Assembly (NCBI GenBank): GCA_963841935.1
Contig: CAWJEP010000004.1
Span: forward strand, 14,975 to 78,974
Source: an uncultured bacterium
GTDB lineage: Bacteria > Patescibacteriota > Minisyncoccia > Phycocordibacterales > UBA6065
DNA: 64,000 nt
Direction of reading: 5' to 3'
In this document: positions 1-10,278 of the stretch, one piece after another
How positions within the stretch are numbered: the first letter of the stretch is position 1
How the letters are laid out: each line of letters opens with the position of its first letter
The notes under the pieces: generated by a model
Told to the model about the DNA's origin: nothing
Database searches by the model: none
Seen by the model: the letters and a program-made list of their open reading frames with translations, nothing else
Program-made: the position numbers and the translations under genes

Positions 1-116
1 CACAGGTGAAGACTATCGCGGAGAAAAAATTGCCAGACCTTTCCGCAGGATCGCTCGAAGCGGCAATGAGAACGATAGAAGGCACGGCAAGAAATATGGG
101 AGTGGAGGTGAAGTAA
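1..116 (+). CDS. rplK: 50S ribosomal protein L11, C-terminal part (runs off window)
   Basis: Frame 3 reads [37 protein letters not shown], the L11 C-terminus. Confidence 0.93.
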   Translation, partial: QVKTIAEKKLPDLSAGSLEAAMRTIEGTARNMGVEVK

Positions 117-195
117 AAAACGCAGACAAAGTATTTTTTCGCTTGTGCGCTTCGCTCCGACTTACGCGCTCAAAAATACTTTGTCTGCGTTTTTT
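115..195. repeat. Palindromic element copy 1 (24-bp arms around a conserved core)
   Basis: 115-138 is the perfect reverse complement of 172-195; 131-179 matches 47693-47741 at 48/49 nt. Confidence 0.9.
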
Positions 196-258
196 TCTTG
201 CAAAAAAATTTTCGGTAAGTAGTATGAATCTCAAACACCAAAATGCAAGGAGTACCTT

Positions 259-834
259 ATGAAAATCAGTCTGTATTTCGCTCAATCTCTGACAAAGGCG
301 CCTCCGCGGCTCATCGCGTCAATCGAGCGTTTCCGTCAGCGCGTAAAGAAAAGACATCCCGAGTGGGAGCTCTTGGAATTTTTCGGGCTCGGGCCGAGCC
401 CGAACGACGGCAAGATCGCCAAGTTCGACATCATCAGGCTTCTGCGGGCCAGGCTCGTAGTGGCGTTCATCGAAGGCGAATCGGCTGGGAGGGATATCGA
501 AATCGGCATACGACTCGCACTCGGATTGCCGATCTTGATTGTCGCCCACAAGAATTGGGTCAGGTCTAGGATGGTCACCGGGCCGGCGGAGCTTTGGCCG
601 AAGTTCGTGAAGTTTCGCCGGTATCGGCGGATAAACGAAGTCGAGGGCATGATAGTCGCGGCCATTAAGCGCTTCGGGTTCAAGGACTTTTATGCGCCGT
701 CGGTCTATGTCGCTCCGCATTTGCAGGAGCTGTACAAAAAGGCCGTCAGGAAATGTCTTGTGGGCCCGGGACCGGGAAGGATTGGATATATTACTGACCC
801 GGATACAAAGGAGCTCAAGTTGGTCTTTGGCTAA
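259..834 (+). CDS. Nucleoside 2-deoxyribosyltransferase/DNPH1-like protein
   Basis: N-terminal LYFAQSL strand, D..RL..A.LVVA, SAGRDIEIG (S-x-G-x3-E), PILIV, SRMVTG; AAGGAG SD and own promoter at 198-225. Confidence 0.6.
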   Translation: MKISLYFAQSLTKAPPRLIASIERFRQRVKKRHPEWELLEFFGLGPSPNDGKIAKFDIIRLLRARLVVAFIEGESAGRDIEIGIRLALGLPILIVAHKNWVRSRMVTGPAELWPKFVKFRRYRRINEVEGMIVAAIKRFGFKDFYAPSVYVAPHLQELYKKAVRKCLVGPGPGRIGYITDPDTKELKLVFG

Positions 835-837
835 GTC

Positions 838-862
838 AGCCTCGCGAAACGCGAGGCTTTTT
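838..862 (+). terminator. Intrinsic terminator
   Basis: agcctcgcg-aaa-cgcgaggct followed by T-run. Confidence 0.8.
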
Positions 863-891
863 ATTTTCTGAAATCGGAATATACTTTTCTC

Positions 892-1389
892 ATGGAAAAA
901 ACTACAAAACATGTGCGACCAAGCTGGGATGAATATTTCATAAAAATTTGCCGCGTTGTTGGCGAGCGGGCGACGTGCGATAGAGGTTCAGGAGGCTGCG
1001 TGATTGTTAAAGACAAAAGAATTCTTACGACGGGTTATGTCGGAGCGCCTGCCGGAGTCGCTCATTGCGATGAGGTGGGCCACGAACTTCACACGGTGAT
1101 AGACGATGACGGCACGCAATCAAAACATTGCATCAGAACATCGCACGGCGAACAAAACGCCATCGCGAACGCCGCGAGAAAAGGCGTGGCCATCGAAGGC
1201 GCGACGCTTTATTATTTCATTACGCCCTGCTATATCTGCGCCAAGATGATTATCAACTCCGGAATAAAACGAGTCGTGGTGGAAAAGGATTATCATTCTT
1301 CGAAAAGAAGCAAAGAAGTATTCAAAGAAGCCGGTGTCGAATTCGTCCTTCTCAATCCAGAAGTGGAAACTTACGCGGATATGAAATAG
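892..1389 (+). CDS. dCMP deaminase family (ComEB-like)
   Basis: RPSWDEYF, HGEQNAI and TPCYICAK zinc-deaminase motifs. Confidence 0.9.
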   Translation: MEKTTKHVRPSWDEYFIKICRVVGERATCDRGSGGCVIVKDKRILTTGYVGAPAGVAHCDEVGHELHTVIDDDGTQSKHCIRTSHGEQNAIANAARKGVAIEGATLYYFITPCYICAKMIINSGIKRVVVEKDYHSSKRSKEVFKEAGVEFVLLNPEVETYADMK

Positions 1390-1390
1390 C

Positions 1391-2699
1391 TCACTCTTTC
1401 TTCACAATGTCGTGGAGACCGCGTTTGATGTTCCAAATGCCCGCCGAGGTGTCGTGGTGCATTGCGATGCCCGGAACGCTTTCTTTGATGGCGTCGCCCA
1501 TTCTTTGAGCTTCACGGCGTAGTGTCGGATGGACAGCGTCTCCGGAGCGCAGCTCGGCGATATAGACGGCGGAGGGAAGTGGACAGGTGATTTTGACCGT
1601 CACGGTGTATCCCATTGCCACGTAATATTGTTTTATTTCTTTTGAAGTTTTCAGTTTGGCAATTCTTTTTTCTTGTTCTGCCAAAAGTTTCGCCGCTTCT
1701 TTTTTTAATTCCGGCGTGAGCTGTTCGAGATACCACGGATAAAATCCGTGGGCCGTTGAAAGCAGAGGCATTTCTTGCACGGCGCTTCGATGACGTTGCA
1801 AGTCCCTATATGAACCGAAATCCAAAGAGAACCTGAAAACAATATCACCGTATTCACGCAATCTCTGGTGAAGTTCGGTCTTTGCCGGCCTTTCGGCGAG
1901 AAGTTTTTGGTGTTTTTTCAAGCCATCGAGGTCGAGACGGACTTCATACGAGAAATTTTTTATTGTCGCATCGTCAAAATAGGCGAACTCCGCCATTGTT
2001 TTTTCCAAATAATCATCCTCTGCCGGATATTCAGGATAGCCAAAGCTCGACGGGTATTTTGTTTTCAGTCCTGAAAGTATGTTGTTTGCAACTTCCCGCA
2101 CTTCGGAGAGTGGATGATGACGCATTTCCTTCATGTGGTCGTAAGCTTGGCGGAGGTTCGTGTGCCAAGCGACGTATGTCGTCGCGCCGGCCGGAAGAAA
2201 TCCTCGCGCGATGTCGAAAGCGCGGGCCTTTATGGCTTTTTCGTATATCGTTTCTTTTTCTCCTTCTTTTATCGGGAAGCGAACCTTGAGTGACGGCACA
2301 AGTTTTTCCAAAGCGTGGCTGTAAAATTTCATCCATTCGTCCTGAATCTCTTTGCTTTCCTTTCGTCTCAAGCGGATCGACGACCGGCTGATTCGCCATG
2401 TCCAGATAGCGCGTCGAAGCCTCTTGGCCGCTGTATAGTGGCCAGTCCTGAATGGCTTTGGCTACGAGCATCGAAACGTTTTCCGCGCATATGGTCGTCG
2501 TGCCGCAGTCGCCGATGGATTTGTGTCCGTAACCGACGTAGTAGCTCGCCATAAATTTCTCCGGTCCGACTTTCGCCACTTCTTCGAGATGGATTTTCGC
2601 GCTCCGCGGACTTCTTGAATATTTCGCCTGAATCATCGCCACCGCTTCGGGAGCGATGCCGTCAATTATTATTATTTCTCTCTGTTTTTTTTCTTCCAT
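1391..2699 (-). CDS. thyX: FAD-dependent thymidylate synthase, long two-domain type; frameshift near 2370
   Basis: ORFs 2031-2699 (YGHKSIGD, QEASTRY) and 1391-2371 (ARGFLPAG, RDLQRHR, ELRS) join into one protein. Confidence 0.88.
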
Positions 2700-2733
2700 A
2701 GCGTTAAAATATTATTGAGCTATTATAGAACAA

Positions 2734-3906
2734 ATGAAAGACAAAGAGATAGAGAAACTCATAAAGGCGGAAGACAAGCGACAGAAAAGCGTGGTGAATC
2801 TCATCGCCTCGGAAAATTATGTTTCCGACGATGTTTTAGCCGCGCTCGGCTCCGTACTGACGAATAAATACGCCGAAGGTTATCCGGCGGCAAGGTATTA
2901 CGGAGGAAATGAAATCACGGACAAAGTAGAAGTCTTGGCGAAGAAGCGCGCGCTTGCGGCATTTGGACTTTCCGAAAACGAATGGAGCGTAAATGTTCAG
3001 CCACTTTCGGGTTCGCCTGCAAACCTAGCGGTTTATCTCGCTCTTGTTCCTCCGCACGAAAAAGTAATGGGAATGTCTCTCGACCAAGGCGGACATCTGA
3101 CCCACGGACACAAAGTTTCCATTACCGGAAAAGTCTGGACGCAAATCCCGTACGGCGTTTCCAAAGAAACTGAAGTCATCGATTACGAAGAAATAAAAAA
3201 TAAAGCCGTGGCGGAGAAACCGAGAATGATTATCGCCGGATTTACCGCCTATCCGCGCGTCATCGATTGGAAAAAATTCCGCGAAATCGCCGACGCCTGC
3301 GGCGCGTATCTGATGGTCGATATGTCTCACATCGCGGGACTTGTCGCGGGCGGCGCGTATCCGTCGCCGTTTCCTTACGCCGATGTCGTAACGACGACCG
3401 TGCATAAAACTCTTCGCGGTCCGCGCTCGGCTATCATTTTTTCCAAGAAAGACGAGCGCGAACTCGGCAAGAAAATCGACAAGGCTGTTTTCCCGGGACT
3501 TCAGGGCGGGCCGCATTTAAATCAAATCGCCGCTGTCGCGGTAGCGCTCAAGGAAGCCACAGCTCCGGCATTCAAAAAATACGCCAAGCAAATCATTTTA
3601 AACGCCCGAAAGCTCGCAAGCGAGCTTTCGGGCCTCGGCTGGAAGATTATTTCCGGCGGCACGGACTCGCACCTAATTTTGGTCAATGTTTTCGGCACAG
3701 TTGGTTACGGCGGCAAAGAAGCAAGCGACAGGTTGGAAAAGGCCGGCATAATCGTCAACAAAAACGCTATTCCATATGACACTCGACCGCCGGTTGACCC
3801 TTCAGGCATTCGCCTCGGCACCGCGGGTGAGACGACTCGCGGAGCGAAAGAAAAAGATATGGTCGCGCTCGCCGAAAGAATGGATAAAATCCTGCGCGGA
3901 AAATGA
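2734..3906 (+). CDS. glyA: Serine hydroxymethyltransferase
   Basis: LIASENY, NKYAEGYP, GGHLTHG, TTTVHKTLRGPR (PLP lysine). Confidence 0.97.
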   Translation: MKDKEIEKLIKAEDKRQKSVVNLIASENYVSDDVLAALGSVLTNKYAEGYPAARYYGGNEITDKVEVLAKKRALAAFGLSENEWSVNVQPLSGSPANLAVYLALVPPHEKVMGMSLDQGGHLTHGHKVSITGKVWTQIPYGVSKETEVIDYEEIKNKAVAEKPRMIIAGFTAYPRVIDWKKFREIADACGAYLMVDMSHIAGLVAGGAYPSPFPYADVVTTTVHKTLRGPRSAIIFSKKDERELGKKIDKAVFPGLQGGPHLNQIAAVAVALKEATAPAFKKYAKQIILNARKLASELSGLGWKIISGGTDSHLILVNVFGTVGYGGKEASDRLEKAGIIVNKNAIPYDTRPPVDPSGIRLGTAGETTRGAKEKDMVALAERMDKILRGK

Positions 3907-4532
3907 AAAAAGGAAAATTCATCGTGATTGATGGCGGCGAAGGCTCCGGCAAAAGCACCCAGCTCCAATTTTTAAAAGAAAAATATCCGAAAGCTCTGTT
4001 TACCCGCGAACCTGGAGGCTCGGAATACGGCGAAGAAATCAGAAACCTGATGCTCAAATCACCTTTGGCGAAAGAAGCGAGCGCCGAGACGCAGTTCGGT
4101 CTCATTTGGGCGAACCGTGCCGATCACATCGCCAGAAAAGTCCGACCCGCTCTCGATAATGGCGTAAATGTGATTTCCGACAGATTCGATTCGTCGACAT
4201 TCGCTTATCAAATATACGGCCAAGAGGGAACGGAACTGAAAGATTTGTTTTTTGAGATAAGAAAAATTTTTATAAAAGAGTGTGTGCCGGATCTTTATGT
4301 CTTTTTCGACATATCGCCGGAGGAAAGCATCAAAAGGACAACGATGCGCGCGAATCTTTTCGGCGAGAGCAACCACTTCGACGAAAGAAAAATAGAATTT
4401 CACCGCCGTGTGCGGGAAGGTTACGCGGAATTCGCCAAGATTTTCCCGAAGAATGTGAGAATCATCGACGCCAGCGGTTCGAAAGAGGAAGTCTGGAAAT
4501 CGTTTCAAAAAATTCTGGACCCGATTCTTTGA
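3903..4532 (+). CDS. tmk: Thymidylate kinase
   Basis: DGGEGSGKST P-loop, TREPGG, SDRF..ST.AYQ. Confidence 0.96.
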   Translation: MKKGKFIVIDGGEGSGKSTQLQFLKEKYPKALFTREPGGSEYGEEIRNLMLKSPLAKEASAETQFGLIWANRADHIARKVRPALDNGVNVISDRFDSSTFAYQIYGQEGTELKDLFFEIRKIFIKECVPDLYVFFDISPEESIKRTTMRANLFGESNHFDERKIEFHRRVREGYAEFAKIFPKNVRIIDASGSKEEVWKSFQKILDPIL

Positions 4533-4556
4533 TTTTCGGCGTGGTAAAATATTTCA

Positions 4557-4991
4557 ATGAGTAAAACCTTAAAAATCGTAAGAGTTTCCGAAGTCGTGCC
4601 TGTGCCGAAATACAGCCTCAAGGGCGATGCCGGTTTTGACCTTTATGTGGGCGAGCGACTTGTCTTAAATCCTATGAAACGGGCGTCGGTAAACACCGGA
4701 TACAAGTTGGAGATTCCTTACGGCTGCGTCGGTATTATTTACGAAAAAAGCGGACTCTCGCATAAAAACGGCATTATCACTTTTGGCAATGTCATTGACG
4801 CCGGCTATCGCGGCGAAGTGAAGGTCGGTGTAATAAATCTCGGCGAAGAGCCTTATGTTTTCGAGCCGGGACACAAAATCGCCCAAATGATTGTGCACAA
4901 ATTTGAAACTATGAAATTCAAAGAAGTAAAAGACGGAGAGCTTTCTAAATCCGAACGCGGCGACCGCGGGTTCGGCAGCACGGGAAAATAA
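4557..4991 (+). CDS. dut: dUTP diphosphatase
   Basis: AGFDL, KSGL, VIDAGYRGEV, IAQ, RGDRGFGSTG. Confidence 0.96.
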   Translation: MSKTLKIVRVSEVVPVPKYSLKGDAGFDLYVGERLVLNPMKRASVNTGYKLEIPYGCVGIIYEKSGLSHKNGIITFGNVIDAGYRGEVKVGVINLGEEPYVFEPGHKIAQMIVHKFETMKFKEVKDGELSKSERGDRGFGSTGK

Positions 4992-4995
4992 TTTT

Positions 4996-6714
4996 ATGGA
5001 AATCCAAAAAGAGTTAAAGACGCAAATAGAAAAAGCCCTGAAAAATCTCGGCCTTACCGCGCCGGAAATAATATTGGAATATCCGTCCGACATATCTTTT
5101 GGAGATTTCGCCACGAATGTCGCTATGAGCGCCGCGAAACAAGCGAAGAAAAACCCGCGCGAATTTGCGGAGCAAATTCGCGCCCAGCTTATCGAAAACA
5201 AACCGAAGTTTTTGGAGAAAATAGAAGTTGCCGGTCCTGGTTTCATAAACTTTTTTCTTTCGCGGCAATTTTTCGCTGATAATTTGGCGGAAGTAGCCAA
5301 ACAAAAAGAAAAATTCGGACAGAACAAACTTTTCAAAGGCGAAAAAGTTCTCGTCGAGTACACCGACCCGAATCCTTTCAAACCTTTTCACATAGGACAC
5401 CTGATGAGCAATGCCATAGGGGAATCGATTGCTTGTCTATATGAAAATTCCGGAGGAAATGTCAAAAGAATGTGTTATCAAGGCGATGTGGGACTTCATG
5501 TGGCTAAAGCCATATACGGAATGCATCAAGCCGGCATGCCGAAGGATATGTCGGCTTCGGCGTCGATTCTTGCTCAATATATCGGCGAATGTTACGCGAA
5601 AGGAAGTGCCGCGTATGAAAAAGAATCCGAAGCGAAAAAATGGATTGACGATGTGAATAAAAAAATTTACGCCAGAAGCGATAAAGAAGTCAGCCAAGTT
5701 TACGATTGGGGAAGAAAAATCACACTCGAAGCCTTCGAAGAAATCTACAAAATTTTGGGTACGAAATTCGATTTTTCTTTTTTCGAGAGTGAGGTCGTAA
5801 AAGAAGGCGAGAAAATCGTCAGTGAATCTTTGAAAAAAGGAATTTTCGAAAAAAGCGACGGAGCGGTGGTATTTCATGCGGAAAAATACGACAAAAAACT
5901 TCACACGAGAGTTTTCATCACCTCGCAAGGACTTCCGACATACGAGACGAAAGAGCTCGGGCTCATAGAAAAGAAATTCAAGAAGATAAATCCGGATATT
6001 TCCATTACCATCACGGCAAACGAACAGGACGAATATTTCAAAGTCGTTTTGAAAGCCATTGAGCTCATTTTTCCGAAAATCAGAAACAAAACGGAACATA
6101 TTTCTCACGGAATGATGCGTTTCGCCGACGGAAAAATGTCTTCACGCACGGGCAATGTAATTTCTGGCGAGTCGCTCATCGCGGATATTGAAGATATGGT
6201 GGAAGAAAAAATAAAAGAAAGAGGTTTTGACGAGGCCACGAGGAAAGACATTGCCCAAAAAGTCGCCGTCGCGGCGATTAAATATTCGATTTTGCGACAG
6301 GGAATATCGAGTGACATCATTTTTGACGCCGACAAGTCCATTTCATTCGAAGGCGACTCCGGTCCGTATCTTCAATACGCCGTCGTACGGGCGAATTCCG
6401 TTTTGGAAAAAGCCAAGAAGGAGGGCCTGAAAGTTTCCGTTAAAAGTCCGGACGAATCGGCGAGTTTGCTCGAGAGGAAACTTTCGAGGTTTCCGGAAAT
6501 CGCGGCGCGCGCCGTGAAGGAGCGCGCGCCGCATCATATCGCCACATATCTGACCGACCTCGCGTCAGAATTCAACTCCTATTACGCTGTGACAAAAATT
6601 ATCGACAAAGAAAATCCGCATTCGTCTTATCGTCTCGCGCTCACAAATGCTTTTGAAATTATTATGAAAAACGGCCTCTCGCTTCTCGGCATCGAAATCC
6701 CCAGCAAAATGTAG
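4996..6714 (+). CDS. argS: Arginine--tRNA ligase
   Basis: GPGFINF, PNPFKPFHIGH, KMSSRTG, GDSGPYLQYA. Confidence 0.97.
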   Translation: MEIQKELKTQIEKALKNLGLTAPEIILEYPSDISFGDFATNVAMSAAKQAKKNPREFAEQIRAQLIENKPKFLEKIEVAGPGFINFFLSRQFFADNLAEVAKQKEKFGQNKLFKGEKVLVEYTDPNPFKPFHIGHLMSNAIGESIACLYENSGGNVKRMCYQGDVGLHVAKAIYGMHQAGMPKDMSASASILAQYIGECYAKGSAAYEKESEAKKWIDDVNKKIYARSDKEVSQVYDWGRKITLEAFEEIYKILGTKFDFSFFESEVVKEGEKIVSESLKKGIFEKSDGAVVFHAEKYDKKLHTRVFITSQGLPTYETKELGLIEKKFKKINPDISITITANEQDEYFKVVLKAIELIFPKIRNKTEHISHGMMRFADGKMSSRTGNVISGESLIADIEDMVEEKIKERGFDEATRKDIAQKVAVAAIKYSILRQGISSDIIFDADKSISFEGDSGPYLQYAVVRANSVLEKAKKEGLKVSVKSPDESASLLERKLSRFPEIAARAVKERAPHHIATYLTDLASEFNSYYAVTKIIDKENPHSSYRLALTNAFEIIMKNGLSLLGIEIPSKM

Positions 6715-6728
6715 TAGAATGGCTCTGT

Positions 6729-9700
6729 ATGGAGCAAAAACCTAGGAATAAGCTTGTGGAAATCGAGGAAGAAATTCTCGCTTTTTGGAACAAGGAGAAA
6801 ATCTTTCAAAAATCCCTCGAAAAAGAATCTCCTATGGGCGAGTTTGTTTTCTACGACGGACCACCATTCGCCACGGGTTCGCCGCACTACGGGCACGCTC
6901 TGGCCGGGACAATCAAAGATGTCGTCTTGCGATACAAGACGATGCGCGGATTTCGCATTCCTCGTCGCTGGGGTTGGGATTGCCACGGATTGCCCGTGGA
7001 AAATCTCGTCGAGAAAGAACTCAATCTCGCCACGAAAAAAGATATTGAAAAATACGGCGTCGAGAAATTCAACGAAGCGGCGAGAGCGAGTGTTTTTCGT
7101 TATGAAAAAGAGTGGAAGAAAATTATTCCGCGCACGGGGAGATGGATGGATATGGAAAATCCTTACAGCACCATGGATTCGTCATACACGGAATCGGTCT
7201 GGTGGGCGTTTAGTAAACTTCACAAAAAAAATCTCATCTATGAAGGATATAAATCGATGCAGATTTGTCCGCGTTGCGAGACGACCTTGTCGAATTTCGA
7301 AGTCGGGCAAGGATACAAAGACGTCACGGATATTTCCGTTTACGCGAAATTCGAACTCATTGACGAGCCGAACACATTTCTCCTCGCTTGGACGACCACG
7401 CCATGGACATTGCCGGGGAATGCGGCTCTAGCGGTCGGCAGGAATATAAATTATTCAAAAGTTTTGTGCGAAAACGCGATATGTATCGTCGCCGAAGAAA
7501 AAGTCGCCGAAGTTTTTGCCGGAAAACAATATGAAACAGCCGGAAAAATTCTCGGGAGCGGGCTTGTCGGAAAAGAATACGAACCGCTGTTTGATTATTA
7601 CGACGATGATTCGATAAAAAATCACGGGAACGCTTTTAAAGTTTACGCCGCGGATTTTGTCACGACCACTGACGGCACGGGAATCGTCCACATCGCTCCG
7701 GCGTTCGGCGAAGACGATATGAATCTGGGCCGTGAATACGATTTGCCTTTTATCCAGCACGTCTCGATGGACGGAACTTTCAAAAAAGAAGTCAGAGATT
7801 TCGCCGGCCTTCATGTAAAGCCGAAAGACGACCCGCAGAAAACGGACATAGAAATCATCAAATGGCTCGCGGCGAAAAACCTGCTTTTCGCCAAGAAAAA
7901 AATCGTCCATCCGTATCCGCATTGCTGGCGTTGCGACACGCCACTTCTCAATTACGCCGCGAGCTCGTGGTTCGTGAAAGTGGCGAGTTTCAAGGATAAA
8001 TTGGTTTCTGAAAACAAAAAAGTCTCGTGGGTACCAAGCGAAATCGGCGAAAACAGGTTTGGCGATTGGCTTTCCGGCGCGCGGGATTGGGCTATTTCGC
8101 GTTCGCGTTTCTGGGGCGCGCCTATTCCAGTCTGGCGTTGCGAAGATTGCGATAGGGCAAAGGTCGTCGGCTCGCTTGAAGACATAAAAAAATATTCAAA
8201 GCCGAGAAACAAATACATTTTGATGCGCCACGGCGAGTCCGAAAGCAATGTTTTGGGCTTGGCAAGCGTAAATGTTCATAACAAAGACAATGTTACCGAG
8301 AAAGGCAGAGGGGAAACGGTATTTTCGGCCAAGAAACTTTCCGGCGAGAAAATAGACCTCGTAGTTTCTTCACCTTTTATTAGGACAAGAGAAACAGCGG
8401 AAATCATGGCGGAAAATATCGGATACCCGAAAGAAAAAATAGAATACGATAATCGTTTGGGAGAATTGAACATCGGAATTTTCGACGGTAAACCTTGGAG
8501 CGAGTATCACGGTTTTGTCGGAACTTATCAAAACAGATTTATCAAAGCACCCGAAGGCGGCGAGACGCTTTTTGAAGTCAGAGAAAGGATGCTTTCGGCG
8601 CTTTACGACATTGATAAAAAAAATACCGGGAAAACTATTCTCATCATGAGTCACGAAGCGCCGCTTTTCGTCCTCGACCAAGCGGTTTTGGGAGTTGACC
8701 CGAAAAAAACCGTAAAGCACGGAGAGTTTTTGAAAAACGCAGAGTTCAAGAAAATAAATTTCGTTCATCTTCCTCACGATAAAAATTTCAAAACGGATTT
8801 TCATCGGCCTTTCATCGACCAGATTTTCCTCTCCTGCGAATGCGGTGGAAAAATGAAACGCGTGCCGGAAGTTTTCGACTGCTGGTTTGAATCCGGCTCG
8901 ATGCCTTACGCCTCGGCGCATTATCCTTTCGAAAAAGAAAATTTTTCTCCGAGAAAATTTTTCAAAAGCAAGCGCTATCCGGCGGATTTTATCGCCGAGG
9001 GACTCGACCAAACTCGCGGATGGTTTTATTCGATGCTCGTCCTCGGCACGGCGCTTTTCGGAAAAACACCCTATAAAAATGTGGTGGTAAACGGCCTTAT
9101 TCTCGCCGAAGACGGCACAAAAATGTCCAAATCAAAAGGCAATTTCTCGCCGCTTATGGATACCATGGACAAATACGGCGCGGACGCTTTGCGGTATTTT
9201 CTGTCCGCGTCGCCCGCCGTCCGCGCCGAAGACGTGTGTTTTTCCGAAAAAAGCGTCGATGAAGTATCGAAAAAGCTTTTGCAAAGACTCGACAACGTTT
9301 TGGCTTTTTACGAACTTTACGCCGACAAGAAATTTGTCGAGAAAACCGAGCCGAAAAATATTTTGGACAAATGGATACTCGCCAGACTCGATGAGACGAT
9401 AAAGAAAGTCACGGAAGCGCTCGAAAAATACGAGCTCGACCGAGGCGCGCGGCCGATTTTGGATTTCGTCGACGATATGTCGAATTGGTATATACGCCGT
9501 AGCCGAGAGAGGTTTAAATCCGACGACGAGGCAGACAAATCGGCCGCGCTAAACACTACGCGACACGTGCTCTGCGAACTTTCAAAGATTATGGCGCCGT
9601 TCACGCCTTTCTACGCCGAATATCTTTTCGGAAAAACGAAATTCGAAGGCGCGAAAGAAAGCGTTCATCTCGAAAATTGGCTGGAAGCGAAAACTTTCGA

Positions 9701-10181
9701 CGAGAAATTGGTTGACGATATGAAAGAAGCGAGAAAACTTGTGACGCTCGGCCTAGAACAAAGGGCGAAAGCCGGAATAAAAGTCCGCCAGCCCCTCTCA
9801 AGCGCGAAAATGAAAATCAGAAATCTAACGGCTGGCGTGTCAGCACTCATCGCGGACGAACTCAATGTCAAAGAAATCGTAAATAGCGACGGAGAGATTC
9901 AAATAGACACCAATATCACGCCGGCACTTCGCGAAGAGGGAACAGTCCGAGAGTTTGTCCGCGCGGTGCAGGAACTGCGTAAGGAGAATGGATTTTCCGT
10001 AAGCGACCATGCTGTTCTCTTAGTTGACTCCGACGAAAAAGGCAAGGAGCTCGTGTCCAAATCCCACGCCGAACTTAAAAAAGTCGCAAATGTTTCGGAA
10101 ATCAAGCACGAAAAAATCAACGATGCCGAACTTCTCAAAATCGAGGAATATTCTTTTAAACTCAAAATACTTAAGAAGTAA
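6729..10181 (+). CDS. ileS: Isoleucine--tRNA ligase (type 2) with inserted histidine-phosphatase domain
   Basis: DGPPFATG.PHYGH, WTTTPWTLP, EGLDQTRGWFY, KMSKS; extra MRHGES..SSPF.RT.ET..SHE segment at about 8205-8765. Confidence 0.96.
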   Translation: MEQKPRNKLVEIEEEILAFWNKEKIFQKSLEKESPMGEFVFYDGPPFATGSPHYGHALAGTIKDVVLRYKTMRGFRIPRRWGWDCHGLPVENLVEKELNLATKKDIEKYGVEKFNEAARASVFRYEKEWKKIIPRTGRWMDMENPYSTMDSSYTESVWWAFSKLHKKNLIYEGYKSMQICPRCETTLSNFEVGQGYKDVTDISVYAKFELIDEPNTFLLAWTTTPWTLPGNAALAVGRNINYSKVLCENAICIVAEEKVAEVFAGKQYETAGKILGSGLVGKEYEPLFDYYDDDSIKNHGNAFKVYAADFVTTTDGTGIVHIAPAFGEDDMNLGREYDLPFIQHVSMDGTFKKEVRDFAGLHVKPKDDPQKTDIEIIKWLAAKNLLFAKKKIVHPYPHCWRCDTPLLNYAASSWFVKVASFKDKLVSENKKVSWVPSEIGENRFGDWLSGARDWAISRSRFWGAPIPVWRCEDCDRAKVVGSLEDIKKYSKPRNKYILMRHGESESNVLGLASVNVHNKDNVTEKGRGETVFSAKKLSGEKIDLVVSSPFIRTRETAEIMAENIGYPKEKIEYDNRLGELNIGIFDGKPWSEYHGFVGTYQNRFIKAPEGGETLFEVRERMLSALYDIDKKNTGKTILIMSHEAPLFVLDQAVLGVDPKKTVKHGEFLKNAEFKKINFVHLPHDKNFKTDFHRPFIDQIFLSCECGGKMKRVPEVFDCWFESGSMPYASAHYPFEKENFSPRKFFKSKRYPADFIAEGLDQTRGWFYSMLVLGTALFGKTPYKNVVVNGLILAEDGTKMSKSKGNFSPLMDTMDKYGADALRYFLSASPAVRAEDVCFSEKSVDEVSKKLLQRLDNVLAFYELYADKKFVEKTEPKNILDKWILARLDETIKKVTEALEKYELDRGARPILDFVDDMSNWYIRRSRERFKSDDEADKSAALNTTRHVLCELSKIMAPFTPFYAEYLFGKTKFEGAKESVHLENWLEAKTFDEKLVDDMKEARKLVTLGLEQRAKAGIKVRQPLSSAKMKIRNLTAGVSALIADELNVKEIVNSDGEIQIDTNITPALREEGTVREFVRAVQELRKENGFSVSDHAVLLVDSDEKGKELVSKSHAELKKVANVSEIKHEKINDAELLKIEEYSFKLKILKK

Positions 10182-10278
10182 GAAATCTTGTTTGACATAA
10201 AGTCTCTTCTCACTAGTATGGGCTTAGTGACTCTTTCCATGATCAACACAAACAATAACCCTTAACCAAGGCTTACAG

